A stretch of DNA of 60,496 bases, from positions 29,479 through 89,974 of the forward strand of contig MEWX01000014.1 of NCBI GenBank assembly GCA_001775485.1. Reading direction: 5' to 3'. The notes under the pieces were generated by a model. It ran no database searches. It had not been told where the DNA came from and saw only the letters and a program-made list of their open reading frames with translations. Below, piece after piece: positions 44,252 to 53,592 of the stretch; position 1 is the first letter of the stretch, and the number at the start of each line of letters is the position of its first letter. Made by a program: the position numbers and the translations under genes. This stretch comes from Candidatus Adlerbacteria bacterium RIFCSPLOWO2_01_FULL_51_16 (GTDB lineage Bacteria; Patescibacteriota; Minisyncoccia; Phycocordibacterales; SBAW01).

Positions 44252-44380
44252 CCAGACAGTATACGCGAAGTAAAAACAAATCTGAAGGGCAATGATGTTG
44301 AGCGCGACTGGCGCGAAATGTAAGAATTTTCTAGCAAGAAAATTCTAGTGACCTGAAGACTTCGTTTTTGCGAAGCGTTC

Positions 44381-45532
44381 CTATTTGATTTTCGGGCGGC
44401 GCAAGAATGACGGCACCGCACCCCATTCATCTTCCTCCTCTTCTTTTGGTTTGGATGCGTGCTCCTCTTTCTTTTCTTCTTTTTCGCTAGGAGCAGGATA
44501 GACCTTGCCGATGGGAGATTCCTCTTTTTCTCCACGGCCAAACCCAAAGAGCGGGGTGCCGCGCGGCGCTATCCCTGCTGCAGGGAAACCGGTTGCAATA
44601 ACCGTAACGCGAACATCATTTTTCTTGAGTTTTTCGTCGCGAATAGCGCCGAAGATAATTTTGGCGTTTGAATCAACTGACTCGGTAATTACCTTAGCTG
44701 CCTCGTGTACCTCTATCATGCCGAGATCGTCGCCGCCGGCAATCGCAAAGAGGACCCCCTTGGCGCCGTTAATTGAGAGTTCAAGGAGGGGAGAGGAGAC
44801 CGCCGCGCGTGCCGCAACCTGGGCTCGATTTTCGCCGCTTGCGGTTCCAATACCCATGAGTGCCGAGCCGGCGTTCTCCATAACCGCGCGAATGTCGGCA
44901 AAGTCCACGTTGATGATACCGGGGTGGGTGATGAGGTCTGAGATACCTTCAACCGCCTGCATCAAAATATCGTCGCACATCGCAAAAGCCTGCTTCAGGG
45001 TTGTTTCTTTGGCGACGGTTGCGAGGAGCCGGTCGTTCGGTATTACGATCAAGGCATCCACTTCTTTGCGCAAATCATCGAGCCCTTGGTCGGCCAAACG
45101 CATACGCTGGGCTCCCTCAAAGGAGAAGGGTTTGGTAACAACGCCGACGGTAAGCGCTCCCATCTCTTTTGCCGTTTTTGCGACAACAGGTGCTGCCCCC
45201 GTGCCGGTTCCGCCTCCCATGCCGCACGCAACAAAAACCATGTCGGAGCCCTTGAGCGCCTGCTGGATTTCTTCCTTTGTCTCGTCGGCGGCGCGCTTGC
45301 CAAGCTCGGGGTTCATACCCGTACCCAGCCCCCTGGTCAAATTTTTGCCGATGTGAATTTTTTTCTTTGCTTGTGAGTGATGGAGATCCTGGGCATCTGT
45401 GTTTATTGCAATAAAATCAACGCCTCGAACTTTGCTCTCAACCATGTGGTTGACGGCGTTTTTACCCGACCCTCCGACTCCGACGACCCGTATGCGAGCG
45501 AATGCTTCAATCTCCGGTTGTAATTGCGCCAT
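44381..45532 (-). CDS. ftsZ: Cell division GTPase FtsZ
   Basis: [13 protein letters not shown] tubulin signature, NTDAQDL, and an acidic/Lys-rich C-terminal linker. Confidence 0.95.
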   Translation of the reverse strand: MAQLQPEIEAFARIRVVGVGGSGKNAVNHMVESKVRGVDFIAINTDAQDLHHSQAKKKIHIGKNLTRGLGTGMNPELGKRAADETKEEIQQALKGSDMVFVACGMGGGTGTGAAPVVAKTAKEMGALTVGVVTKPFSFEGAQRMRLADQGLDDLRKEVDALIVIPNDRLLATVAKETTLKQAFAMCDDILMQAVEGISDLITHPGIINVDFADIRAVMENAGSALMGIGTASGENRAQVAARAAVSSPLLELSINGAKGVLFAIAGGDDLGMIEVHEAAKVITESVDSNAKIIFGAIRDEKLKKNDVRVTVIATGFPAAGIAPRGTPLFGFGRGEKEESPIGKVYPAPSEKEEKKEEHASKPKEEEEDEWGAVPSFLRRPKIK

Positions 45533-45651
45533 AAAGAAATTAGGTTGCCCTGATAAGCTGTAGCGAAACTACTGTATCATCTCGTATTTCCTTTGCAAAC
45601 CCCTCGCCCGAAGGAGCGGGTTGACAAAATTGAGCGGTGTTTTCTTTCTTG

Positions 45652-46830
45652 TTACGGCAAAAACTTTCTAAACCATCTGAAGAAGTATGAAAATATATCA
45701 AAGATGCCGCTTCCTTCGTGTGTTTCAAGGCCGTCGCCTTGTGTGAAGCCCCAAATAGTGAGGCCGTAGGCGACCGCCCACGAACCGTCACGCAGTTGCA
45801 TCTTGGCTGCCGGACCGTCGGCAAGTGTGGCGGTCTTGGAGGGGAGGCGTAGGACCGCTTTTGCCAAATCGGACATGGTAGCAACGGAGGAGCCGCCGCC
45901 GGTTAAAATCACTCCCGCAGGCAAGAGTTCGTCTTTGCCGATTTTTTTGAGGTGTGCTTCGACAAGTTTAAACATATCGGATACTCTCCGGGTGATAATG
46001 TCCTCGACTTTACGCTTGGAGTACGGAGCACCGAGGACCGCGCCTTGCTTTAACTGTTCCGCTTCTTCGGGGCTGATACGAAGCCCCAATGCGATATCGT
46101 TGGTGATATCCGCTGCTCCCATAGGAAAAACTTTAACAGAAATCGGCATTGTATCTTCAAACACGACAGTAGAGAGTGTTTCCGCGCCGATGTTGGCAAG
46201 GATGCACCCCACTCGCTTCTGCATCTTACTGAGCGCTACAAAGCTTGCGGCGATAGGGGAGGCGACCACATCTTCAACCTCGACACCCGCAGCTTCGGTT
46301 GCCTCGACCAGATCGTTCACGTGCCGTTCAAGGCAGGTGACGAAAAGCGTATCGACCGAGAGCCGCATGCCCTTCATCCCGACCGGGCTTCGCCCGAGGA
46401 CCCGTCCACCGTCGACGTAGTAGCGTAGGGGTATGGTGTGTATGATTTTGCGGTTTAACACTGCCGCAGGCGGCAGCGAAAGTTTAGAAGCATCGATCGC
46501 ACGCGGGATATCGCGGCCCGTTATTTCAGAATCTCCCCGTTCAACGACCGCATCTCCGCGCGAGAGGGCCTCATCGAGCCCGACCCCGCCTATACCGAGG
46601 TACGCCTTTTTGACCCTGACACGCGCGGCTTTGGAGGCCTGGGCAACCGCGGCGCCAATGGAGCGGGAAACCTCAGAAATAGAGATAATATAGCCGTGTT
46701 TCAGCCCGCGACTCTCGGCATACCCGGTGCCTAAAATGCGCGGTGTTTCGCGGAGGTTTGCGGGACGTTCAGCAATGACCACTTTGACGTGGTACGTGCC
46801 GACATCGATTCCAGTAACGTAATTAGGCAT
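45652..46830 (-). CDS. ftsA: Cell division protein FtsA
   Basis: Actin-fold motifs GIDVGTYHVKVVI, LGIGGVGL and VILTGGGS, directly upstream of ftsZ. Confidence 0.9.
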   Translation of the reverse strand: MPNYVTGIDVGTYHVKVVIAERPANLRETPRILGTGYAESRGLKHGYIISISEVSRSIGAAVAQASKAARVRVKKAYLGIGGVGLDEALSRGDAVVERGDSEITGRDIPRAIDASKLSLPPAAVLNRKIIHTIPLRYYVDGGRVLGRSPVGMKGMRLSVDTLFVTCLERHVNDLVEATEAAGVEVEDVVASPIAASFVALSKMQKRVGCILANIGAETLSTVVFEDTMPISVKVFPMGAADITNDIALGLRISPEEAEQLKQGAVLGAPYSKRKVEDIITRRVSDMFKLVEAHLKKIGKDELLPAGVILTGGGSSVATMSDLAKAVLRLPSKTATLADGPAAKMQLRDGSWAVAYGLTIWGFTQGDGLETHEGSGIFDIFSYFFRWFRKFLP

Positions 46831-47176
46831 TGCGGCGAAAACGAAACCGCTTTAAAAGGCGGTCCTCTTCGCCCTCCATTGTACCACTGTGCCTCAACCC
46901 TTTTAAATGTAAAAGTCCGTGGATAAAAAGATATTCAGAGGTGTAGGGCTTTGCCGCGGCGCGGCAGATAAGTATTTCGCCCGAGTTTTTTGAGAGCGGA
47001 AACGCCAGGACATTAGATACTTTACTTTTTCCCTTTGTGCGGCGGGTTACCGCGCGCATTTTTTGCGGAGGCAAAAAAGCGACCGAGAGGTCGTAGTGCT
47101 TACCTAGAACAAAATCCTTAATTTTGTTCAAGCTTCTAGCTTCTAGTTTTGAGCTTCTAGCTAGAGTTTTTTTCAT
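46823..47176 (-). CDS. ybeY: rRNA maturation endoribonuclease YbeY (short form)
   Basis: HGLLHLKGLRH (H-x3-H-x5-H zinc motif). The first ~18 codons lie inside the CTAG-rich repeat, so the true start is uncertain. Its 3' end overlaps the ftsA start. Confidence 0.65.
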   Translation of the reverse strand: MKKTLARSSKLEARSLNKIKDFVLGKHYDLSVAFLPPQKMRAVTRRTKGKSKVSNVLAFPLSKNSGEILICRAAAKPYTSEYLFIHGLLHLKGLRHSGTMEGEEDRLLKRFRFRRNA

Positions 47177-47196
47177 GCTAAAACCTAGTCCCTAGC
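47131..47196. repeat. CTAG-rich dispersed element, copy 2
   Basis: agcttctagcttctagttttgagcttctagctag...gctaaaacctagtccctagc. Its reverse complement matches 36293-36354 in blocks (ctaggttttag, ctagaagct x2). Confidence 0.7.
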
Positions 47197-47210
47197 ACCT
47201 CGAAGCTATT

Positions 47211-47465
47211 CTAGCGGCGGCGGGGGCCACGCGGAGCGCGTTCCAACATTTTGCCGAGTTTGATGAGCTCCTGCACCTCCTCACGGCGCTTGATGACCTT
47301 GAGTGTATGTTTACGGCGCACCTCGCGCGATTTTATCCGTAGGTGGTAGCGTCGTCCGCGCAGGCGCTGAATCACACCCGCGCCTTGCACGCGTTTGGAA
47401 AAGCGGCGGATTAAATTTACCGCCGTCTCGTTTTCATTTTTCTGCACTTCCGCGTTGACTCCCAT
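47211..47465 (-). CDS. rpsU: 30S ribosomal protein S21 (bS21)
   Basis: 84 aa, very basic. VNLIRRFSKRVQGAGVIQRLRGRRYHLRIKSREVRRK matches the S21 pattern. Confidence 0.75.
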   Translation of the reverse strand: MGVNAEVQKNENETAVNLIRRFSKRVQGAGVIQRLRGRRYHLRIKSREVRRKHTLKVIKRREEVQELIKLGKMLERAPRGPRRR

Positions 47466-47493
47466 TGCGCGGATGATAATAGCACAAAAAGTT

Positions 47494-48645
47494 TCAGGTA
47501 CGCAAGCTCTTGAGGATCCGCGGCAGGTGCGCCAACTCGACGATTGTTTGAGAAGAGTTTTTTACTTCGCGCACGATGATCGTGCCGTCAAGCGCCTCCC
47601 GTTGACCCATAATAAGGACGTGGGAGACACCGATACCTCCGGCCAAGCCAAGCTGCGGGGAGAGCCGGCTTGAGTCAAAAGATTGTGAGACAGGGACACC
47701 CGCCCGCCAGAGCATATCCAAGACAGAGAGCCCCTGGAGTTTTGCAAGCGAACCCAACTGCACAAAAAATACTTTCGGAGATCGTGTTTTTTTTGGGGAG
47801 GTGAAATTGCTCCGCGCTGCGCCCTTTTTGCGGAAGTAAATGCTTGCGGAGGCAACCGCGCCCTCCTTGCGTCCGGTCGTACGCCGCAAATATTCGTCCC
47901 ACCTTCCTCCGGTGCTTCCCAAAATTGTTGCGTCGGGCTCTTTGAGGTCGACGGCAAAGACAATATGCTGTTCGCGGTCGTCTCCGACGAGGAGATCATC
48001 AAGCTCGTAGGAAAATCCCAAGCCCTCAACCTGCTCTAAAACCGCCCGGAAATGCGCGCGGCTTTTTTCAGATAGAAAATTAACGCTGCGCGGGCCTTCA
48101 CTTAGGAGCGCGCGACAGGTTGTGTGTGCGCAGCGGTATGCCGCAAACGGATTTTTTGCCAGATTTTCTTGGCAGGCAGCATCAAACTCCGGGGTGCGGC
48201 GGCGGACGTACGAAAATAGCTCCCGGGTATAGCGCTCCCTGCTGTCTCTATCGCCGAGCGCGTTGAGCCGCACGCGTGCAACCGGTGCGCCCCACTCGGA
48301 AACAATTGCCGAAATTGTTTTGAGTATCACCATCTCGCCGACACTCTCTTTAGTGCCGACAACGCACAAACCAAACTCGCCCGTTTCCCGGCTGAGAAGA
48401 TTTCCGGGCAAATGTGCAGGGGAGGGGGTTGCAAAGAACGCGAGCACAGGCTCTTGCGGACGGGCGGCTCCCGCGGCGGTTGCGAGGTGTGCTATCGCAA
48501 CGGAGGCGGAAGGACTAATAATCTTTGGACGGTCGACGCGCTTGAGGCCGCGCAAAAGTTCGCGCGTATTACGAAAGCCATAAAACGATGCGACATGCGA
48601 GGAGAGTTTGAGAAACGAGACGGGAGACACTCGGGTGTTACTCAT
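47494..48645 (-). CDS. Histidyl-tRNA-synthetase-like protein with degenerate catalytic motifs
   Basis: By eye it aligns to the HisRS core (…RVRLNALGDRDSRERYTRELFSYV…, SEKSRAHFRAVLEQVEGLGFSYELDDLLV, GGRWDEYL matching GGRYDGL) and to a C-terminal HGTP anticodon-binding domain. The motif-2 region reads LSRETGEFGL instead of FRHERPQKGRYRQF. Confidence 0.6.
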   Translation of the reverse strand: MSNTRVSPVSFLKLSSHVASFYGFRNTRELLRGLKRVDRPKIISPSASVAIAHLATAAGAARPQEPVLAFFATPSPAHLPGNLLSRETGEFGLCVVGTKESVGEMVILKTISAIVSEWGAPVARVRLNALGDRDSRERYTRELFSYVRRRTPEFDAACQENLAKNPFAAYRCAHTTCRALLSEGPRSVNFLSEKSRAHFRAVLEQVEGLGFSYELDDLLVGDDREQHIVFAVDLKEPDATILGSTGGRWDEYLRRTTGRKEGAVASASIYFRKKGAARSNFTSPKKTRSPKVFFVQLGSLAKLQGLSVLDMLWRAGVPVSQSFDSSRLSPQLGLAGGIGVSHVLIMGQREALDGTIIVREVKNSSQTIVELAHLPRILKSLRT

Positions 48646-48647
48646 GG

Positions 48648-49205
48648 TTATTGTTTTACAGATACAGCTCCGGGGAGAATATCAAGATGTTTTAGCGGCA
48701 AAAGACGTAAGAATGCCCGGCCGACGATATTTTCGCGCGGCAAGGTTCCCCATACGCGGGAGTCGGAACTCTCCTTGCGGTTGTCGCCGAGCACAAAGTA
48801 GTCGTCTCCCTCGAGCGTTTTCTTTAAATATCCGCCGTTGCCGTCGTTTACAATATAGGGTTCAGAAAGTGTTATCATTTTTCCATCAACAGTCGTGATA
48901 GTTATCGTGCCCCCCGCAATTTCTACGGTCTCGCCGGGAAGCCCGATGACGCGTTTTATATAAAATTGTGAGGTGTCCCGCGGCGGGCGGAAGATAATAA
49001 CATCTCCCCGCTGCGGCTCCCCCAAACGGTAGGAGAGTTCGTCGACAATCAGATAATCGTGGTCCTCAAAGGTAGGAGTCATCGAAGCACCAGAGACGAC
49101 AAAGGGTTGTGCAATAAAAAGTCGTATGGGGAGCACAATGACAGCGGCGATGAGAGCAAATTTCAGGAGTTCGGTGAAAAAACCTTCACGCTTCTCCTCT
49201 GGCAT
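48648..49205 (-). CDS. lepB: Signal peptidase I
   Basis: VSGASMTPTF (catalytic Ser), YIKRVIGLPGE (Lys), GDNRKESSDSR. Confidence 0.9.
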   Translation of the reverse strand: MPEEKREGFFTELLKFALIAAVIVLPIRLFIAQPFVVSGASMTPTFEDHDYLIVDELSYRLGEPQRGDVIIFRPPRDTSQFYIKRVIGLPGETVEIAGGTITITTVDGKMITLSEPYIVNDGNGGYLKKTLEGDDYFVLGDNRKESSDSRVWGTLPRENIVGRAFLRLLPLKHLDILPGAVSVKQ

Positions 49206-49399
49206 GGGAGTATTGTATGCTTCTCTATGCGTCGCGCAAGCCCCGCACCAAACTTGCGCATTATTTTTGCTGTTTGGCTAGAGTGCCTCGCGGATTTATT
49301 AGTGAACAGGTAAGCAGAAACTGTGTTGAAAGCGGAGAAAAATGGAACAACGATGCGTAAGTGTGGTGTCGGGGCAAGCCGTTTGCTACACTAGACCAC

Positions 49400-49933
49400 A
49401 TGCAATGGATATTGGTAGGGCTCGGAAACCCAGGGGAGGAGTACACGGGGAGCCGCCACAACGTCGGCAGGGAGTTTTTGCTCGCGCTTGAAGGCAAAAT
49501 CGGGAAAAGGGCGAAGATGTTGACTCCGGACTCGTACATGAACAACTCGGGGGCAGCAGTAAAGAAGCTCGTACCGTCGCTCAAGGCGGCAAAACAGCTG
49601 GTGGTACTCCACGATGAACTCGATATGCCCCTCGGAGCGGTCAAAATCTCCTTCGGATCAGGTTCTGGCGGGCATAGGGGTGTCGACTCAATAATCAAAG
49701 CGCTCAAAACGAAAGATTTTATCCGCATCCGTATCGGCATCAGCCCCGCGACTCCGAGTGGCAAGTTAAAAAAACCCGACCAGGAGAAGATAATTGATTT
49801 TGTCTTGGGCAAATTTAAGCCAAGTGAACAGGCAAAACTAAAAAATGCAAAGAAAATTGTGGGCGACGCACTCGAACTCTTGCTTGCTGACGGTCTCGCC
49901 GCCGCAATGAACACAATAAATTCGCGCGCGTAA
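49400..49933 (+). CDS. pth: Peptidyl-tRNA hydrolase
   Basis: ILVGLGNPGEEYTGSRHNVG signature. The ATG at 49400 is preferred over the track start at 49361. Confidence 0.9.
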   Translation: MQWILVGLGNPGEEYTGSRHNVGREFLLALEGKIGKRAKMLTPDSYMNNSGAAVKKLVPSLKAAKQLVVLHDELDMPLGAVKISFGSGSGGHRGVDSIIKALKTKDFIRIRIGISPATPSGKLKKPDQEKIIDFVLGKFKPSEQAKLKNAKKIVGDALELLLADGLAAAMNTINSRA

Positions 49934-49964
49934 GTTCCGCAAAAACGAAATTTGCCGGAACGCG

Positions 49965-50131
49965 GAAAATTTTCTGCTGATAAATTTTCCCGTTGCCCTG
50001 CCGCCGCACCTCTCAACGTTCCGTCAAACTTGTTTTTGCTCCACTTCTCACGCGGAGTAAAAGAACCTTGAAGGAGGCTTTCGAGCACGACGGTGCGAGA
50101 ACTTGAGAAAATTTATCAGCAGAAAATTTTC
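49965..50131. repeat. 25-bp perfect inverted repeat pair enclosing 117 nt
   Basis: gaaaattttctgctgataaattttc (49965-49989) and its exact reverse complement gaaaatttatcagcagaaaattttc (50107-50131), between the convergent pth and rpsA genes. Confidence 0.9.
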
Positions 50132-50172
50132 GTGCTCCTGAAGGGTTGCTTTTACGGAGCGATTTTGCGAAG

Positions 50173-51291
50173 TTACTTCTTATCGCCGGAGAAGGCGAGA
50201 GCCATGCGCATTTCTTTGGGATCAAAAAGAGAAATGGTGAAGGGGTAGCGCTTGCCGAGCTCCAGGTTGCCGCGGAGCTTCTCGTCGCTCCCAAATTCTG
50301 AAATGTGTACCAAGCCGGCGATACCTTCCTCGATCGAGGCCAAGGCGCCGTGTTTGTTGAACTTGATGACGACGCCCTCCACCTTGTCACCTTTTTTATA
50401 TTTTTCGCCAGCAGTCTGCCACGGGTTTTCTTTCAGCTGTTTGACCGAGAGCGAAACCTTGCCTTCCTTGATGTCGATTATTTTTACCTTCACCTTCTCA
50501 CCGACTTTGAAGAAGTGTCGCGGGTCATCCACCAGGCCCCAGTCAATTTCTGAAATGTGAACCAACCCCTCCAACCCTTCCTCGAGTTTCACAAAGACAC
50601 CGAAATCAACCATGCCGGTTATCTCGCCGGAGACCACGTCGCCCACCTGGTAGGAGGCGATGAGCTCTTTCTTTTCTTTATCGTCAACTCCCTTCTCGGA
50701 GAAAATAAGTTTACCTTCTTTTGGTGCGGCGCCGATTAGAGAAACCGCGAGCTTTTCTCCGACCAGTTTGCGCAACTCATCCAAAATTTTGTCTTTGTCG
50801 CCGTCGAGTACACGCGGGTAGTGCTCGGGCTTGAGCTGGGAAGCGGGTAGAAACCCCGCGATGCCTTGCCATTCCAAAATGAGGCCGCCTTTGTTTGCTT
50901 CTTTGACCACCAAATCAAACTGAGTTTTATTTTTTACCGCCTCTTCCGCCTCGGCCCACAAAATTGCCTGACGCGCTTCCTTCAGCGATAGTTCGATGTA
51001 GCCGTCTTTAGTATTGATTTCTAGTACCTTGGCAGCAATGCGGTCGCCGACGTTGGTGCGTTTGATTACCTCGCGGGCGTTGAGGTATTCGCGGCCAAAG
51101 ATAACTCCCGTGCCCCAGGGCGCTATGTCGATATAGAGTCGCGCACGGTCGAGCGCGATAACCGGGCCCTCAACGATGTCGCCGGGTTTCGGAGGTTCCT
51201 GCGCGCGCGAAGCGAGCCCTTCCATGAGCGTGGGTTCTCGTAGCGTATCTTCAACTTGAGCCGCAATAAGAGCGGCTTTTTTTGCTGACAT
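50173..51291 (-). CDS. rpsA: 30S ribosomal protein S1 (four S1 domains)
   Basis: 372 aa. Repeated S1 OB-fold modules (GDIVEGPVI..., GDRIAAKVL..., GDVVSGEITGMVDFGVFVKL, GDKVEGVVIKFNKHGALASI). Confidence 0.85.
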   Translation of the reverse strand: MSAKKAALIAAQVEDTLREPTLMEGLASRAQEPPKPGDIVEGPVIALDRARLYIDIAPWGTGVIFGREYLNAREVIKRTNVGDRIAAKVLEINTKDGYIELSLKEARQAILWAEAEEAVKNKTQFDLVVKEANKGGLILEWQGIAGFLPASQLKPEHYPRVLDGDKDKILDELRKLVGEKLAVSLIGAAPKEGKLIFSEKGVDDKEKKELIASYQVGDVVSGEITGMVDFGVFVKLEEGLEGLVHISEIDWGLVDDPRHFFKVGEKVKVKIIDIKEGKVSLSVKQLKENPWQTAGEKYKKGDKVEGVVIKFNKHGALASIEEGIAGLVHISEFGSDEKLRGNLELGKRYPFTISLFDPKEMRMALAFSGDKK

Positions 51292-51405
51292 GATATTTAA
51301 CTGTTGGTCGGGTCCTAGATTCCTAGATTATTCCCGAGCCGGTTAATAAAGGTAGCAACCTTTATTGGTTGGAAAGATACACCATCCCCTCCGCAATTGC
51401 AAGTA

Positions 51406-51445
51406 TGAAAAGAAAAAGCCGGGTTCGCATGATGCGAACCCGGCT
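51406..51445 (-). terminator. Rho-independent terminator (minus strand)
   Basis: Minus strand: agccgggttcgc-atcat-gcgaacccggct, followed by tttttcttttc. Confidence 0.75.
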
Positions 51446-51499
51446 GCCCCACACACTGAAGTGGGGAGGGCTTTAGTTTTAGTAGAAGTCAGTCGAAGA

Positions 51500-51814
51500 T
51501 CAGTCGAGACCGGCGCCGCGGCCGGGCGGGCGATGATGACCGGGACGCATCCTCGGCGTCTGGCTCCTGCCGACATGATGCGTAGTGACATCTTTGCCCC
51601 GCGGCTGCGGCGCATCGAAAGGCGATTTCTCGCCGGCGGGCTCTTTCGGAGCTTCGGCGGGCGGTCTCGCTGGGCCGCCACTGCCCTCAGCGTGTTTCGG
51701 CGGGGCGCCGGGACGAGGCATCTGCATCGGTTGCAACATGAAGGAATGGAGCGGAGAGTCCACATCAGGGCGGCGCATGCCACGTCCCTGCGGTATCGAG
51801 ACAGTCGACTGCAT
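51500..51814 (-). CDS. Possible Pro/Arg/Gly-rich small protein
   Basis: This frame ends 55 nt before the minus-strand terminator. The ATG at 51814 is preceded by GGAAGGG. Low-complexity product (…PRPGAPPKHAEGSGGPARPPAEAPKEPAGEK…). The competing long ORFs in other frames and on the other strand run through the terminator. Confidence 0.35.
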   Translation of the reverse strand: MQSTVSIPQGRGMRRPDVDSPLHSFMLQPMQMPRPGAPPKHAEGSGGPARPPAEAPKEPAGEKSPFDAPQPRGKDVTTHHVGRSQTPRMRPGHHRPPGRGAGLD

Positions 51815-51962
51815 CTGGTTCCCTTCCAAAAGAACACTGCACCGCCTATCGGTGCAGGTAGGGTAGGGAATATATACAAGAAAACCCTGTAAGTCAAATA
51901 GAAAATCCCTAGGGCCTCCAATTTTTATCCTGCCAAGCTACTAATACACATTTTTTGTTATT

Positions 51963-52008
51963 ACAAAAAATGACCCCGGCAATCAGCGTCGCGCTGAGCG
52001 TCGGGGTC
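51963..52008 (-). terminator. Probable terminator (minus strand)
   Basis: Minus strand: gaccccg...cggggtc compound hairpin, followed by attttttgt. Confidence 0.55.
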
Positions 52009-52028
52009 GTGGCCAGGGCCTGGCAAGT

Positions 52029-52214
52029 TCAGTGAGTATTACCCACCACATGCCTGTCGGCCCAAACTAGTTCTTGTGAGGTGTCATCCGTTTCCTCCAG
52101 AGTTCTGTTGAACTTGAAGAGAAGCGATTGGATCCTTTTCCCTAGATCCTCGGGCGTTTCGAGGACCTCTTTAGTATACGCTTTTTCAGCGTTTTTTGAC
52201 TCTTTTTGAAACAT
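52029..52214 (-). CDS. Small acidic hypothetical protein
   Basis: 61-aa ORF ending just upstream of the 51963-52008 terminator. Confidence 0.4.
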   Translation of the reverse strand: MFQKESKNAEKAYTKEVLETPEDLGKRIQSLLFKFNRTLEETDDTSQELVWADRHVVGNTH

Positions 52215-52281
52215 GAGGTGGGGATAGCGTACAGAGGCAAAATCGCTTGAAAATTAGGCCGAAATTTGCTACAATTAGGGT

Positions 52282-52902
52282 ATGGTAATCAGCTACCTCG
52301 GGGGCCAGTGCTTTAAGGTAAGCCATGGCGATTTGACCATTGCCTACAACCCCCCCGGCAAGAACTCCTCGTTTAAGGGGGTCAAATTCGGCTCCGACAT
52401 TGTGCTCTCCGCGCAAAACCATGAGGACTTCAACGGCATCGAAAATGCCTCCTTTGGCGAGCGTGCACCGTTTGTCATCGAGGGCCCCGGCGAGTATGAG
52501 ATAAAGGGGGTCCAAGTGCGCGGCTTTGCCTCCGACACGAGCTACGGCGGCAAAAAGAGTATCAACACTATTTACAGCGTCACCCTCGAGGGGATGAATC
52601 TTTGTTTCCTCGGGGCGCTCGGTTCTGCAACATTGCCGCCGGCCGCCAAAGAAGCACTCGACGACATCGATATTCTTTTTGTGCCGATAGGGGGGAAGGG
52701 AATGCTCGACTATGGCGAGGCCGAAAGCTTGGCGGTACAATTGGAGCCGAAGGCGGTCATCCCGATGCACGGGAGTCCTGAAAATTTAAAATCCTTTTTG
52801 AAGGAGGCCGGAGCCGAGGGCACTAAGCCCCAGGAGAAACTCACGGTGAAGCGCAAAGACCTCGACGGTAAAGAGGGCGAGATAATCGTGTTGTCATCCT
52901 AA
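52282..52902 (+). CDS. Metallo-beta-lactamase-fold (UPF0173-like) hydrolase
   Basis: 206 aa. MVISYLGGQCFKVSHGDLTIAYNP... N-terminus and overall pattern. The HxHxDH motif is degenerate (SAQNHEDF). Confidence 0.55.
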   Translation: MVISYLGGQCFKVSHGDLTIAYNPPGKNSSFKGVKFGSDIVLSAQNHEDFNGIENASFGERAPFVIEGPGEYEIKGVQVRGFASDTSYGGKKSINTIYSVTLEGMNLCFLGALGSATLPPAAKEALDDIDILFVPIGGKGMLDYGEAESLAVQLEPKAVIPMHGSPENLKSFLKEAGAEGTKPQEKLTVKRKDLDGKEGEIIVLSS

Positions 52903-53039
52903 ATTATGTATACGGAGCAAAACAAGTTGAGCGGAAACTCTCGGAGGGCGGACGGCCCGAGAGTGAGCAAATTTCCAGCAAGGAAATTATGCGTGTTCCG
53001 CGAGACTTCGTTTTGCGCAGTAATTTCGCTACACTAAAT

Positions 53040-53288
53040 ATGAAAAAATATTTAAAACACATTCAATCCAAAGAACCACACGACCGGCGCAACCACGCGC
53101 TCCAGATCGCGGGTACTTTGACGGCGATTCTTTTTGTCGGGTGGGTCACGACCCTCGGGTTTCGCTTTGGAGGTGGGGATGCAGAGGTCGCGCAAACCGG
53201 CGACTCTTCTCAAGCGGCAAGCCCGGCGGTCACACTCTCGCAAGACGGCGGGCTCCAAGTTTCAACGACAAGTACTATCAGTTATTAA
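53040..53288 (+). CDS. Small single-TM protein
   Basis: MKKYLKHIQSKEPHDRRNHALQIAGTLTAILFVGWVTTLGF... Confidence 0.45.
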   Translation: MKKYLKHIQSKEPHDRRNHALQIAGTLTAILFVGWVTTLGFRFGGGDAEVAQTGDSSQAASPAVTLSQDGGLQVSTTSTISY

Positions 53289-53289
53289 T

Positions 53290-53586
53290 ATGCCCGGTAG
53301 GACAACTTCGAATCGCTTTTACTACGTATATACCCTGCAAAGTATGATAGATGGAAAACGGTATATTGGATTCACTACCGATTTGGTCAAACGCGTACGC
53401 GAGCATAACAGCGGAGCCAGTTTAGCTACGGCGCCCAGGCGGCCGCTCTCCTTGGTATATTACGAAGCGTGCAAAGCTGAAAGTGACGCCCGAAGACGTG
53501 AGAAGTATCTCAAGACAACGGGCGGCCGCCGATTCCTCGCCAAGCGGCTAAAGGACTTTTATACGCGTAATTCGAAGTTGTACTAA
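53290..53586 (+). CDS. Stand-alone GIY-YIG nuclease-domain protein
   Basis: 98 aa. FYYVYTLQS...GKRYIGFTTDLVKRVREHN...RRREKYLKTTGGRRFL (GIY...YIG...R...E/N pattern). Confidence 0.8.
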   Translation: MPGRTTSNRFYYVYTLQSMIDGKRYIGFTTDLVKRVREHNSGASLATAPRRPLSLVYYEACKAESDARRREKYLKTTGGRRFLAKRLKDFYTRNSKLY

Positions 53587-53592
53587 CCGGGT

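Noticed and set aside
44505-45356. 283-aa plus-strand ORF
   Set aside because: It lies entirely antisense to ftsZ, which has an unambiguous tubulin signature. The product is Ser/Ala/Pro-rich with no motifs.
49261-50088. 275-aa minus-strand ORF
   Set aside because: It is antisense to the well-supported pth gene (GLGNPG...HNVG signature on the plus strand). The product is low-complexity and Ser/Ala-rich. It is a typical shadow ORF.
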